From: Pseudomonadota bacterium | GTDB lineage: Bacteria > Pseudomonadota > Alphaproteobacteria > Rhizobiales > MH13 | Reading direction: 5' to 3' | DNA: 64,000 nucleotides | Assembly: GCA_039026935.1 (NCBI GenBank) | Contig: JBCCLK010000003.1 | Span: 61,478-125,477, forward strand | Shown: one piece after another, positions 32,654-42,574 of the stretch | Layout of the letters: each line of letters starts with the position of its first letter | Position numbering within the stretch: the stretch's first letter is position 1 | The notes under the pieces: model-generated | The model's input: the letters and a program-made list of their open reading frames with translations, nothing else | Databases searched by the model: none | What the model was told of the DNA's origin: nothing | Translations under genes and position numbers: made by a program

Positions 32654-34062
32654 TTCTTCCGATATGGCCCGAAGTCGGCAGGATCAACCTCCGCGATCTC
32701 CCGTAAAATGCGGATCCAAGCGGCCAACCCCTCAGTTATGCTGTTCAAACGGAAAAATTCGTTCGGCGCATGAAAATTCTCGTCTGAGATGGCAAAGGAA
32801 AACATGACCGTATCAAGTCCAAGGACACGGCTGACGATTTCAGTCAGGGGTAAAGAGGCCCCGATGCGCACCTTCAAAGGCCGCTCGCCAGTGGTATGTT
32901 CCAGTGCGTTGCACGCAGCAGTAAGTAGCGGATGATCCTTTGGTACAGCGTAGGCACCGGACGCACCGCGCTCACCAGATACTTCCAACATCGCGCCTTT
33001 TGGCACATGGCTTTTCAGATGGCCGATAACGGCCTTTTGCGCGGCTACCGGGTCTTGTCCAGGCACCAATCGCATGGTGATTTTGGCAAAAGCTTCGTTC
33101 GGGATCACTGTCTTAGAACCTGCACCGGTATAACCGCCCCACATCCCGTTGACATCCACCGTCGGCCGCAGCCAAAGCCGCTCTAGCGTCGAATAACTTG
33201 TCTCCCCTTTTGGGACTGAGCCAATCGCCTCAAATGAGGCAGCCTCATCGAAGGGTATCTCAGCGATTTCCGCCCGTTCAGCATCGGACGGCTCAACGAC
33301 TCCATCATAAAAGCCGTGTGCAGCAACTCGGCCCTTTTCGTCATGCAGTCCTGCAATCAGTGCCGACAATTCGTGTAAGGGGTTGGCGACGATGCCACCG
33401 TACCGTCCTGAATGAAGATCCTGGGAGGCGGTCTGCAAACGTAGTTCAAAACCTGCGGTCCCGCGTGAGCCAACATTGATTGTCTGTAGATCGGGTCTCC
33501 AGCGCGCACCGTCAGCTGATAGGACAGCATCAGCGGCCACAAGTGTCCGGTGGGTGTCAAGAATTCCAGGCAGAGAAGGAGAACCCGTTTCTTCCTCGCC
33601 TTCGATGAGCACCTTGACGTTCAAGGGCAGGCATCCCTGTGTGGCTACGTATGCTGATAGCGCGCCGAGCGCGACCATCATGGGACCCTTATCGTCGGAG
33701 ACTCCACGACCGTAGATCCTCTGGTCCCGCACAACCGGTTCAAAAGGAGGTGTTTCCCATTTGCTCAACGGATCGGAAGGCTGAACGTCATAGTGGGCGT
33801 AGACCAGGATCGTGGGTCTTCCCGGTGCATCCATCCTTTCGGCGTAGAGCGCCGGCTGGCCGCTACCGTCACTTGGCGTTAGCCGCTGGCGATTTTGAAA
33901 TCCCATAGCATCAAGTCGCGCCTCGATCAGCATGCGGGCGTCCTCCATGCCCTGGGCCATGGCAGGGTCCGCACCGACGGATGGACAGGCAACAAGTTGC
34001 TTGAGCGTTTCGACCAGTTCGGGCGCGTGTTCTGTTGCATAGGACAAAACAGGATCAGACAT
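32650..34062 (-). CDS. M20 family metallopeptidase/amidohydrolase (dipeptidase-like)
   Basis: YAHYDVQP, RGVSDDKG, EGEEE, DLHSG, HAPNE. Confidence 0.92.
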   Translation of the reverse strand: MSDPVLSYATEHAPELVETLKQLVACPSVGADPAMAQGMEDARMLIEARLDAMGFQNRQRLTPSDGSGQPALYAERMDAPGRPTILVYAHYDVQPSDPLSKWETPPFEPVVRDQRIYGRGVSDDKGPMMVALGALSAYVATQGCLPLNVKVLIEGEEETGSPSLPGILDTHRTLVAADAVLSADGARWRPDLQTINVGSRGTAGFELRLQTASQDLHSGRYGGIVANPLHELSALIAGLHDEKGRVAAHGFYDGVVEPSDAERAEIAEIPFDEAASFEAIGSVPKGETSYSTLERLWLRPTVDVNGMWGGYTGAGSKTVIPNEAFAKITMRLVPGQDPVAAQKAVIGHLKSHVPKGAMLEVSGERGASGAYAVPKDHPLLTAACNALEHTTGERPLKVRIGASLPLTEIVSRVLGLDTVMFSFAISDENFHAPNEFFRLNSITEGLAAWIRILREIAEVDPADFGPYRKK

Positions 34063-34074
34063 ATCGCCTCCGTC

Positions 34075-34818
34075 TTAGGTAACACCGCCATCGACGCAGA
34101 GGATCTGTGCTGTGATCCAACTTGCCTCTTCGGAGGTTAGGAACGCCGCAGCAGCAGCGATGTCTTCAGGTGCGCCAAGTCGGCGGGTGTGGATGCGATT
34201 GACCAGTTGAGCTTGACCGTCCGGACCATAGGCGGCCCATTGGCGTTCGGTTGTGGGGTTGGACAGTATAAAGCCAGGCGCGATGGAGTTGACTGTGATG
34301 CCGTGCTGGGCAAGCTCCAAGCTCAGCTGCTTTGTGAGGCCCACCAATGCATGTTTGGCGGCCGTATAGGCGTGGATACCAGTGAGGCTGGGTCTGAGGC
34401 CAGCACCAGAACTGATTGTTACTATTCGGCCCCACCCTGCCCCTTTCATGGCAGGAGCCAATGCTTGCGCTAAGTAAAGCGATGCATCGACATTCGCCGC
34501 AAAAATACTATGCCAGGCGTCAGGTTGAACGTCTTCTAACGGTGTACCGACCTGTCCCTGTACGCCGCCCGCAGCGTTCACCAATATGTCCGGAGCACCA
34601 TGATCGGCCATGATTTGGGCATTCATTTCCTTGACAGAGGCTGGAACACCAAGATCCGCCGCGACGGTCGGCAAACCTAATATGTTACCCGCCTTCTCAA
34701 GAGCATCTCCAGGCAGATCGCTGACAATGACCTGCGCACCATCCAACGCCAGTCGCTTGGCAATTGCAGCGCCTATACCACCGACCACGCCCGTCACAAG
34801 CGCAGTGCGGACGGTCAT
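34075..34818 (-). CDS. Short-chain dehydrogenase/reductase
   Basis: TGVVGGIG, YTAAK, VDGG. Confidence 0.92.
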   Translation of the reverse strand: MTVRTALVTGVVGGIGAAIAKRLALDGAQVIVSDLPGDALEKAGNILGLPTVAADLGVPASVKEMNAQIMADHGAPDILVNAAGGVQGQVGTPLEDVQPDAWHSIFAANVDASLYLAQALAPAMKGAGWGRIVTISSGAGLRPSLTGIHAYTAAKHALVGLTKQLSLELAQHGITVNSIAPGFILSNPTTERQWAAYGPDGQAQLVNRIHTRRLGAPEDIAAAAAFLTSEEASWITAQILCVDGGVT

Positions 34819-35837
34819 TGAATCACCTTGGTGAGTTCATGAAACGTATCGGTAGACATCTCACGCCGATCATCTTCTATATCATGGATCAACTCCACCA
34901 GCCGACGTAGCAGTGGCGTGTTGATGCCATGCATCGTAGCAATGTCGGCGACGATACCGATCTGCTGGTCAACTTCAGTTTTGCGCTTTCGTACGGCTAG
35001 ATCCCGATAGATACCTGTATGGGTTTTGGCCGTCTTGGAGTTGAACTCAGCCAAATCAGCAAGAGACTTCAGAGCAGCAGTCTCAGGCGCGCCGGGTAGA
35101 AAGGCAGACGGTTCAAAGCCATTAAAAGGCTTGGGCTTCACGCCTTCTGCAACCGCTGTGCGCATCACCTCGCGGGCCAGTCCTATCAACGCGGGACCGC
35201 GCGTCAGATCCGCGAAGTTCGTTGTCATGCTGTCAGGGGTTAAGGCGGTTGCAAAAAGCATCGCACCATAGCCAAGTTTGCCCCACAGGTAAGACCATAT
35301 GTCCTCAGTGAGAATGGCGTCGATCTCAAAGACCTTCAAAAGTCGATGCATCTCTTCGGTGCGCGCCTGCACTGTACCGTCAATCTCACCAACGACCACA
35401 GCACCACGATTGCCGAAAAGTATGCGACCAGGACCAATCCAGTCCGCTCCATAGTTTACAAACGCACCCATTGTTCGTTCAGCGCCTGCCAACTCGGCAA
35501 TCATCCTCTCGTTCAAACCATTTTGCGCTGAAAGAATGTAACCATCTGGCGCTAGATGCGGCAGCAAGGTCCGCACCGCCGCTTCTGTCGCTTGGGCTTT
35601 AACTGCCAGCACAATGCGACTGTACGTTCCCGATAGCTCATGGGGCGTGACACACCGCACAACCTGCGAGAACTCTTCAACAGGTCCTTCGATTCGAAGG
35701 CCCGTCGTGCGGCAAGCTTCCGCATGCTCGGTGACAATATCGACCATTTTCACAGGGTGACCAGCGCGCGCCCAGTAGGCGCCCAAAATACCGCCAATGG
35801 CACCTGCACCCCAGATCAAGACTTCGCCCGACATCAC
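34815..35837 (-). CDS. Ketopantoate reductase (ApbA/PanE) family oxidoreductase
   Basis: GAGAIG, AVKA, QNGL, WGKL, RKTEVD. Confidence 0.88.
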   Translation of the reverse strand: MMSGEVLIWGAGAIGGILGAYWARAGHPVKMVDIVTEHAEACRTTGLRIEGPVEEFSQVVRCVTPHELSGTYSRIVLAVKAQATEAAVRTLLPHLAPDGYILSAQNGLNERMIAELAGAERTMGAFVNYGADWIGPGRILFGNRGAVVVGEIDGTVQARTEEMHRLLKVFEIDAILTEDIWSYLWGKLGYGAMLFATALTPDSMTTNFADLTRGPALIGLAREVMRTAVAEGVKPKPFNGFEPSAFLPGAPETAALKSLADLAEFNSKTAKTHTGIYRDLAVRKRKTEVDQQIGIVADIATMHGINTPLLRRLVELIHDIEDDRREMSTDTFHELTKVIQ

Positions 35838-36550
35838 GCCTGGCCAAGGGTTGGCCAGGGACCCTGCAAGGCCTCACGGACTTCGGTTACACCAACCTCC
35901 CAAAGGGCCAACATCTCGCTATCCGAACGTTGCCACGGTCCTCCAAATGCACCATCATCGAGAATGTCTCGCACGACGTCGGGCGGTGATGCCTTCATTA
36001 AATTCATATCCACCTGAGGCTTTTCTCCCTCTGGTGCCGGAGCGTGCGCCAATCGCGTCCATGGAAAATTTTCCATCCAGTTCGCGTGAGACCCGGTCTT
36101 GTCGATGGTTTGAGCCTTGGACCATGTCTTTGGCGAGTTCCACCAGTTGTGGAACTTTATGGAGATGTCGCCGTACTCTGCCATCAACTCCTGAGCGAGA
36201 GCGGCAACAGGATTGTTGCCCCCATGACCGTTTACGATCAGAATTTTTTGAAAGCCTGAGCGATAAAGTGAAGCGACGACATCACGGACAACCGCCATGA
36301 GCGTTTCCAAACGCAGGCAAATCGTACCGGGGTATGCATTGAAGTAAGGGGCTAATCCGTAAGGCACGACTGGAAAGACGGGGATGTTCAAGGAATGAGC
36401 CGCATCAACCGAGACCTTCTCTGCGAGGATTAGATCGACACAGAGCGATAACTGCGCGTGCTGTTCCGTCGAACCAATGGGAAGAATGCAACGGGGGTCG
36501 TGCGCGGCGCTCGCTTCCACGTCACGCCAATTCATGTCGGCCACTTTCAT
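35834..36550 (-). CDS. Creatininase family amidohydrolase
   Basis: PIGSTEQH, VNGHGGN, SHANWME; start set at MKVADM. Confidence 0.9.
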   Translation of the reverse strand: MKVADMNWRDVEASAAHDPRCILPIGSTEQHAQLSLCVDLILAEKVSVDAAHSLNIPVFPVVPYGLAPYFNAYPGTICLRLETLMAVVRDVVASLYRSGFQKILIVNGHGGNNPVAALAQELMAEYGDISIKFHNWWNSPKTWSKAQTIDKTGSHANWMENFPWTRLAHAPAPEGEKPQVDMNLMKASPPDVVRDILDDGAFGGPWQRSDSEMLALWEVGVTEVREALQGPWPTLGQA

Positions 36551-37113
36551 TCGTTTTCCCCCTTTACTTCTATTTCCGCCTCGGGCGGCAAAGTGTCTTG
36601 CCACTCTTTTGCGTTCAAAACGACCTTCGACAAAAGCTCAAACAGCATCTGACGTTCGCCCGGAGAAAGCGACTTAAGCATCTGTTTTTCCTGGGCCTCA
36701 AAGGCAGGACGCGTCTCATTGAAAAGGGCCCAGCCCCGGTCTGACAGATGCAGGGCTTGCCGGCGCCCTCCCCCCGGAGGCTTTTCCCTCGTTTTTATGA
36801 GGTCCATCTTTTCGAGCCGCTTAATGGCACGGCTCAGCGTGTTCTTGGGAAAACCAGAGGTGCGGGAGACATCCCGCGCGCTACCGCCATGCGCCAGAGC
36901 TAGAGAATAGAGCACAACGTATTCAGGTCTCTTCAAGCCGTAGTGTTCACCGATCCAGTCATAAAGCGGCGTATTGTAAAGCAGTGCTAGATAATTGATC
37001 CGGAACATGAGTGGGCAGGGATTGGCCCAAAGCTTGGCCTCCAGCATGTCAGGAGATTCCTCCCTACCCAAACTGACGGCCTCATCACTAAACACCCTCT
37101 CTGGGTTTTGCAT
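36547..37113 (-). CDS. MarR family regulator
   Basis: EYVVLYSL...KNTLSRAIKRLEKMDLI...RRQALHLS. Confidence 0.9.
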   Translation of the reverse strand: MQNPERVFSDEAVSLGREESPDMLEAKLWANPCPLMFRINYLALLYNTPLYDWIGEHYGLKRPEYVVLYSLALAHGGSARDVSRTSGFPKNTLSRAIKRLEKMDLIKTREKPPGGGRRQALHLSDRGWALFNETRPAFEAQEKQMLKSLSPGERQMLFELLSKVVLNAKEWQDTLPPEAEIEVKGENE

Positions 37114-37141
37114 ATTTTTTGTACTCGGGGTTCACCCAAAG

Positions 37142-37210
37142 GGTTCCAAATTGAACTTGACGAGCAATTTATGACCGCACATGCTGTGAAAGCAAGTTCC
37201 AAATGGGACT
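37142..37210. promoter_or_regulatory. Two imperfect 16-bp palindromes flanking a sigma70-like promoter
   Basis: GGTTCCAAATTGAACT (37142-37157) and AGTTCCAAATGGGACT (37195-37210) around TTGACG-N17-CATGCT. Confidence 0.65.
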
Positions 37211-37273
37211 GATGTGAGAGCACTGAAACGGGACGGGGCCTGCCGCCTCTTCCGCCAATGAGAGGTAAAGGTG

Positions 37274-38860
37274 ATGAAGTTCCACAGATTTCTAACACCA
37301 TTTGCGTTAGCGCTGAGTCTTTGCGCAACTGGAGCTGCTTCAGCTCAGACGCTTACGATGGGCGTGCGTGGTGGGCCGGACTCGATGGATCCACATTTCT
37401 CCGCGCTTGGCCCACATGCGGAGGCGGCCAAGCACATCTTTGACACTTTGGTGTGGTCCGGGACTGATCTCCAGATCGAGCCAGGCCTTGCAACAAGTTG
37501 GACCCCACTGGACGAGGATACGTGGGAGTTCGAACTGCGCCAGGGCGTGAAGTTTCACGATGGGTCTGATTTCGATGCAGAGGACGTGAAGTTCTCCATC
37601 GAGCGCATTCCAGATGTATCGGGGCCCACGACAACAACGATCTATGTTCGTCGTGTTACCGGTGTCGACATCATTGATCCGCACACAATTCATATTCACA
37701 CTGACGGTCCGGCTGCGACGTTACCCAACGACTTTATTCGTTTGTTCATCGTCTCCTCAGAAGCAGCCGCCGACTATTCCACGCCTGAGACGGCCGCTGA
37801 AGGCTTCAACTCCGGTGCCGCAACCATCGGAACTGGTCCCTACAAATATGTAAGTTGGGAACCTCAGGGCGATTTGGTGCTGGAACGAAACGACGACTAT
37901 TGGCGTGGCCAGGGCGCTTGGGAAACTGTGATCCGTAGGGAAATTCCCAATGACAGCTCCCGTCTTGCAGCATTAAAAGCCGGGCAGGTTGACGTTATCA
38001 ACTACGTCTCTTCGATAGATTATCTTGCACTTGAAAGAGACTCTGACGTCGACTCGATCATCGGCGACTCCGTCTACATCATGAATTTGCAACTCGATCA
38101 GCGCGAGGAAACTCCTTTGGTCCGTGCATTGGATGGGTCAGCTCTTGCCGAAAATCCTTTTCGAGACTTTAGAGTTCGCCAAGCGATTGACCACGCGATT
38201 GACCGCGAAACCATGGTCGATATCGTTTTGGAAGGTCTTGGCAAACCAGCCAATCAGATGATGCCACCTGGCTTCTTCGGTTCCTCCGACGATATACCCA
38301 TGCCCGAGTACAATCCCACAAAGGCAATGGAACTGCTCGCTGAGGCAGGCTACCCAGACGGCTTTCAGGTTGATCTTTACTGCACGGCAGATCGTTTGCC
38401 GGGTGATGGTGCTATCTGCCAGGGACTTGGTCAAATGCTGACCCAGGTTGGCGTCCAAACCAACGTGAACGCTGTTTCTAGGACCGTCTATTTTCCTGCG
38501 CAGGCCCGGTTGGAATACTCGATGTTCATGAATGGTTGGGGCACGCTAACTGGCGAAGCATCCTATACGCTCGGTGGCCTCGCTCACTCTAATGACCCGG
38601 ACGTCAATTTGGGGGCCTTCAACCGTATTCAGTACGAGAACGAGGCTGTGGACCAACTGTTGCAGACAGGTGCCGCAACGCTGGACCCAGATGAGCGGCG
38701 TGCAACTTATGAAGAGGCCATGGAGCAGGTCATGGCCGACAAAGCCTACATTTCGTTGGTGCAGCTTCAAACGGTTTGGGCCGCCAAAGCTGGTATGTTG
38801 GAGTTTGATCCACGGTTTGACGAGGATACTCTCGCCTTCTTCATCACGCCAGCGTCCTGA
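37274..38860 (+). CDS. Peptide/nickel ABC transporter substrate-binding protein
   Basis: Signal peptide; PGLATSW, LRQGVKFHDG, GTGPYK. Confidence 0.94.
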   Translation: MKFHRFLTPFALALSLCATGAASAQTLTMGVRGGPDSMDPHFSALGPHAEAAKHIFDTLVWSGTDLQIEPGLATSWTPLDEDTWEFELRQGVKFHDGSDFDAEDVKFSIERIPDVSGPTTTTIYVRRVTGVDIIDPHTIHIHTDGPAATLPNDFIRLFIVSSEAAADYSTPETAAEGFNSGAATIGTGPYKYVSWEPQGDLVLERNDDYWRGQGAWETVIRREIPNDSSRLAALKAGQVDVINYVSSIDYLALERDSDVDSIIGDSVYIMNLQLDQREETPLVRALDGSALAENPFRDFRVRQAIDHAIDRETMVDIVLEGLGKPANQMMPPGFFGSSDDIPMPEYNPTKAMELLAEAGYPDGFQVDLYCTADRLPGDGAICQGLGQMLTQVGVQTNVNAVSRTVYFPAQARLEYSMFMNGWGTLTGEASYTLGGLAHSNDPDVNLGAFNRIQYENEAVDQLLQTGAATLDPDERRATYEEAMEQVMADKAYISLVQLQTVWAAKAGMLEFDPRFDEDTLAFFITPAS

Positions 38861-38878
38861 TGTAACCTCAAACAAGTT

Positions 38879-38913
38879 GGCTGGGCAGCTGTGACGTTGC
38901 CCAGCCCTTTTTT
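38879..38913 (+). terminator. Hairpin plus T run between the binding-protein and permease genes
   Basis: GGCTGGGCAGC-TGTGAC-GTTGCCCAGCC then CTTTTTT. Confidence 0.6.
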
Positions 38914-38930
38914 GGGCATAAGGGCAGCTC

Positions 38931-39905
38931 ATGCTTGGCTTCATCATCCAGCGCTTCTTGCAGGCTGTTGGCGTCATGGCCGCCATGTCGGTCATTGTTT
39001 TTTGCGGTGTCTACGCAATCGGCAACCCGATTGATATCGTCTTGCCACCCGAGGCAACTGAAGCAATCCGTCAGGATGCAATCCGCCGTCTGGGCCTCGA
39101 TCGACCGCTGTATGAACAGTACTTCATATTCGTTGGTAACTTGTTGCAAGGCGACTTGGGACGGTCCTTTGTCTATAACATTCCGGTTTTGGAATTGATC
39201 GGCGGTCGGCTCCCAGCAACGCTGGAGTTGGTGCTCATTTCCGTTGTGACTTCCACGATTGTTGGTGTGACGCTGGGTATCTACGCCGGTTATCGGCCGG
39301 AGAGCTGGTTGGCGAAGACAGTCATGGCAGTCTCTGTTCTGGGCTTTTCAGTCCCGTCGTTTTGGGTAGGTCTGATCCTGATCTTGACCTTTGCAGTAAA
39401 CCTTGGCTGGCTACCCGCGGGTGGGCGCGGCGAAACTGTCGAGTTTCTAGGTATTGCATGGTCATTCCCAACGACCGATGGTTTCTCCCATATCATCTTG
39501 CCAGCTCTTAATCTGGCGCTTTTCAAGCTTGCCATGATGATCCGCCTCGCCCGAGCTGGTACCCGCGAGATCATGCTCACCGACACAATCAAATTCGCTC
39601 GCGCTGCAGGACTGTCGGAATGGACAATCTTGCGCCGCCATTTGCTCAAGCTTAGCTCCATCCCCATCATCACCGTATTCGGGCTTGAGTTAGGCTCAAC
39701 GCTTGCTTTTGCGGTGGTAACAGAAACGATTTTTTCTTGGCCCGGCGTGGGAAAACTGATCATCGACAGTATCACCTTGCTCGATCGGCCGGTGATGGTG
39801 GCATACCTGATTTTGGTGGCGTTCTTATTTGTCACGATCAACTTTGTCATTGACCTTGTTTTTGTCTTGATCGATCCACGCGTCAGGCATGAAGGGACGA
39901 CATGA
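38931..39905 (+). CDS. Peptide ABC permease (DppB-like)
   Basis: LGLDRPL, GDLGRS, ETIFSWPGVG. Confidence 0.94.
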   Translation: MLGFIIQRFLQAVGVMAAMSVIVFCGVYAIGNPIDIVLPPEATEAIRQDAIRRLGLDRPLYEQYFIFVGNLLQGDLGRSFVYNIPVLELIGGRLPATLELVLISVVTSTIVGVTLGIYAGYRPESWLAKTVMAVSVLGFSVPSFWVGLILILTFAVNLGWLPAGGRGETVEFLGIAWSFPTTDGFSHIILPALNLALFKLAMMIRLARAGTREIMLTDTIKFARAAGLSEWTILRRHLLKLSSIPIITVFGLELGSTLAFAVVTETIFSWPGVGKLIIDSITLLDRPVMVAYLILVAFLFVTINFVIDLVFVLIDPRVRHEGTT

Positions 39906-40783
39906 GCGGTCCAGGAACACCCCTGCGACTATTCTGGGACGAGTTTCGCGAAAACAGAATTGCCGTATTCGCTCTGATCGTTGTCGTCCTTTTGATACTG
40001 CTGGCGCTGTTCGCCTCCATTGTTGCACCGCAGAACCCTTATGATCTAGCGACCCTCTCCCTGTTGGACAGCCGTCGTCCTCCAGGCTTTGTCGGGAGTG
40101 GTGGCTATATGCACTTTTTAGGTACCGATCCGCAGGGTCGCGATCTCTTTTCAGCCATTTTGTACGGCCTGCGGATATCGATCCAGATCGGGCTCGCTGC
40201 CGGGTTTGTCTCCCTTAGTATCGGCACAGCGCTCGGGATCCTTGCAGCCTATGTGGGCGGCAGGGTCGAAGCACTCATCATGCGGTTGGTGGACCTTCAG
40301 TTGTCTTTTCCGGCGATACTGCTGGCACTCGTCATTGTGGCGCTACTTGGTCAGGGCAAAGCCCAGTTGATCAGCGCGCTCGTCGCAGCTCAATACGCTT
40401 ATTTTGCAAGAACGGCCTATGGTGCTGCAAAGGCGGAACGAGGCAAGGATTACATTGAAGCAGCAGTCGCCACTCCCCTATCCACACGTCTTGTGATTTT
40501 GCGCCATTTGCTGCCTAACTGCATGCCGCCACTTATCGTCGTGGCAACAGTACAGATCGCCAACTCTATTTCGCTTGAGGCGACACTTAGCTTTCTAGGC
40601 CTTGGGCTGCCGGTCACCGAACCCTCCCTTGGCATGCTGATCTCCAATGGTTTCCCCTACATGATGAGTGGACGCTACTGGATATCTGTCTATCCGGGTA
40701 TCGCACTTATCATTTTAATCGTGTCGATCAACTTGGTGGGCGATCAAGTCCGCGACCAGCTGAATCCGAGACTGCGCAAGTGA
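39902..40783 (+). CDS. Peptide ABC permease (DppC-like)
   Basis: LGTDPQGRD, RHLLPN, LSFLGLG. Confidence 0.94.
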   Translation: MSGPGTPLRLFWDEFRENRIAVFALIVVVLLILLALFASIVAPQNPYDLATLSLLDSRRPPGFVGSGGYMHFLGTDPQGRDLFSAILYGLRISIQIGLAAGFVSLSIGTALGILAAYVGGRVEALIMRLVDLQLSFPAILLALVIVALLGQGKAQLISALVAAQYAYFARTAYGAAKAERGKDYIEAAVATPLSTRLVILRHLLPNCMPPLIVVATVQIANSISLEATLSFLGLGLPVTEPSLGMLISNGFPYMMSGRYWISVYPGIALIILIVSINLVGDQVRDQLNPRLRK

Positions 40784-42462
40784 GCGCTCCAGTCCTCGAG
40801 GTTAAGGGCCTTACGACACACTTTTTCACCCGCCGGGGCGAGATTCCTGCCGTCCGCGATGTCAGTTTCTCACTTCAAGCGGGCGAAGTACTTGGTCTGG
40901 TTGGCGAAAGCGGCTCAGGCAAGTCTGTCACTGGGTTTTCGCTTCTGGGTCTGGTGGACGCACCGGGCCGCATTGTATCTGGATCAATCAAACTGAACGG
41001 ACAAGAACTGGTTGGGCTACCCGAACCTGAGCTCCGGTTGCGTCGCGGCCGCGACATATCGATGATCTTTCAAGATCCGATTGCAACTTTGAATCCGATG
41101 CTCACCATAGGCGATCAGATGCGGCTGGCGCTCTATGCACATGGAAAGTTCTCGTCCCAAGATGCCGACAAAAAATGCATCGACCTTTTGCGAAGGGTCG
41201 GTATCAAAGAGCCCAAGGCTGGTTTGAAGGCCTATCCGCATGAATATTCTGGGGGTATGCGCCAGCGCGTGGCTATTGCGATCGCATTGCTACACAACCC
41301 CTCCGTCATAATCGCCGACGAACCAACAACCGCGCTGGATGTCTCGATCCAGGCGCAAATCCTTGAAGAAATGAGGGAGCTGGTTCGAGATACAGGAACG
41401 GCTTTGATCTGGATCTCTCATGATCTTGCCGTTGTCGCATCACTGGCCACACGTCTTGCGGTAATGTACCAGGGTGAAATCATTGAGACTGGGCCGACAT
41501 TCGAGGTCCTACGCAACCCACAGCATGAGTACACTGCGAACCTTCTGGCAGCCCTTCCGGCCAATGCTGAGCCTGGACAGTTGTTGGTTCAAGGCGGGAG
41601 CGTGCCTTCTCAAACACCAAAATCAGAAGAAGCAAGACCGATAGAAAAAGAGGCTTTTCTCTCAGTGAGCAACGCCAATCGCGTGTTTTCACCTAACGTC
41701 TCGCTGGGTGAGAAAATTGCTAGTCTGGTCGGTGCAGGGACCCAACGGAGCAGCACCCATGCGGTCAAGAATGTGAGCCTGCAAGTGGCGCGTGGTGAGA
41801 CGTTGGGGCTGGTTGGTGAAAGCGGCAGCGGCAAGTCGACGCTCGGTAGATTGATGGCAGGCATCCTTCAACCAACCAGCGGACAGATACTACTAGACGA
41901 CGCTCCAGTGATGCATGAAGGTAAGAAATCTACTCTACGCATCCAAACGATTTTCCAAGATCCATTTGCAAGCCTTAATCCCCGAATGAAAGTTGGTCAC
42001 GCGGTATCTGAAGGCGCACTGGCGCACAATCTGGTGGAACCTTCTGAAGCCTCCGATTACGTGAAGAACTGGTTTGAGCGGGTAGGCCTCGAGCAGGAAT
42101 GGGCAGAGCGACACCCACACCAGTTCTCCGGTGGTCAACGCCAGCGAGTCGCGATTGCTCGTGCCCTTGCAATGCAGCCGGATGTTCTCATTTGCGATGA
42201 GCCCGTCGCCTCGTTGGATGTTTCGATCCAGGCCCAAATCATAAATCTATTTCTGGAACTGCAAAAAGGGCTCGGCCTGACAATGGTCTTCATTAGCCAT
42301 GATCTCTCCGTTGTCCGTCACCTGAGTGATCGAGTTGCAGTCATGTACCTTGGAGAGATCGTTGAAATCGGTCCTGCCGAGACGATCTATAAAGCGCCAG
42401 TTCACGACTACACGCGGCGATTGCTGGATGCGGTACCAGTGCTTGATCTTAATGGTCAGTGA
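40780..42462 (+). CDS. Peptide ABC ATP-binding protein with two ATPase domains
   Basis: Two GESGSGKS Walker A motifs and two SGG.RQR signatures. Confidence 0.95.
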   Translation: MSAPVLEVKGLTTHFFTRRGEIPAVRDVSFSLQAGEVLGLVGESGSGKSVTGFSLLGLVDAPGRIVSGSIKLNGQELVGLPEPELRLRRGRDISMIFQDPIATLNPMLTIGDQMRLALYAHGKFSSQDADKKCIDLLRRVGIKEPKAGLKAYPHEYSGGMRQRVAIAIALLHNPSVIIADEPTTALDVSIQAQILEEMRELVRDTGTALIWISHDLAVVASLATRLAVMYQGEIIETGPTFEVLRNPQHEYTANLLAALPANAEPGQLLVQGGSVPSQTPKSEEARPIEKEAFLSVSNANRVFSPNVSLGEKIASLVGAGTQRSSTHAVKNVSLQVARGETLGLVGESGSGKSTLGRLMAGILQPTSGQILLDDAPVMHEGKKSTLRIQTIFQDPFASLNPRMKVGHAVSEGALAHNLVEPSEASDYVKNWFERVGLEQEWAERHPHQFSGGQRQRVAIARALAMQPDVLICDEPVASLDVSIQAQIINLFLELQKGLGLTMVFISHDLSVVRHLSDRVAVMYLGEIVEIGPAETIYKAPVHDYTRRLLDAVPVLDLNGQ

Positions 42463-42574
42463 CCTCTGAGCTGTTTCGATGCCGCCGCGTAATGTGCGCA
42501 ACTCAATCAACAAGAAGGTTACTCAGTGTGTTGTCCGGTTAAGAAGAAGCATGCTCGAGCCTTTTTGAAGCAGC

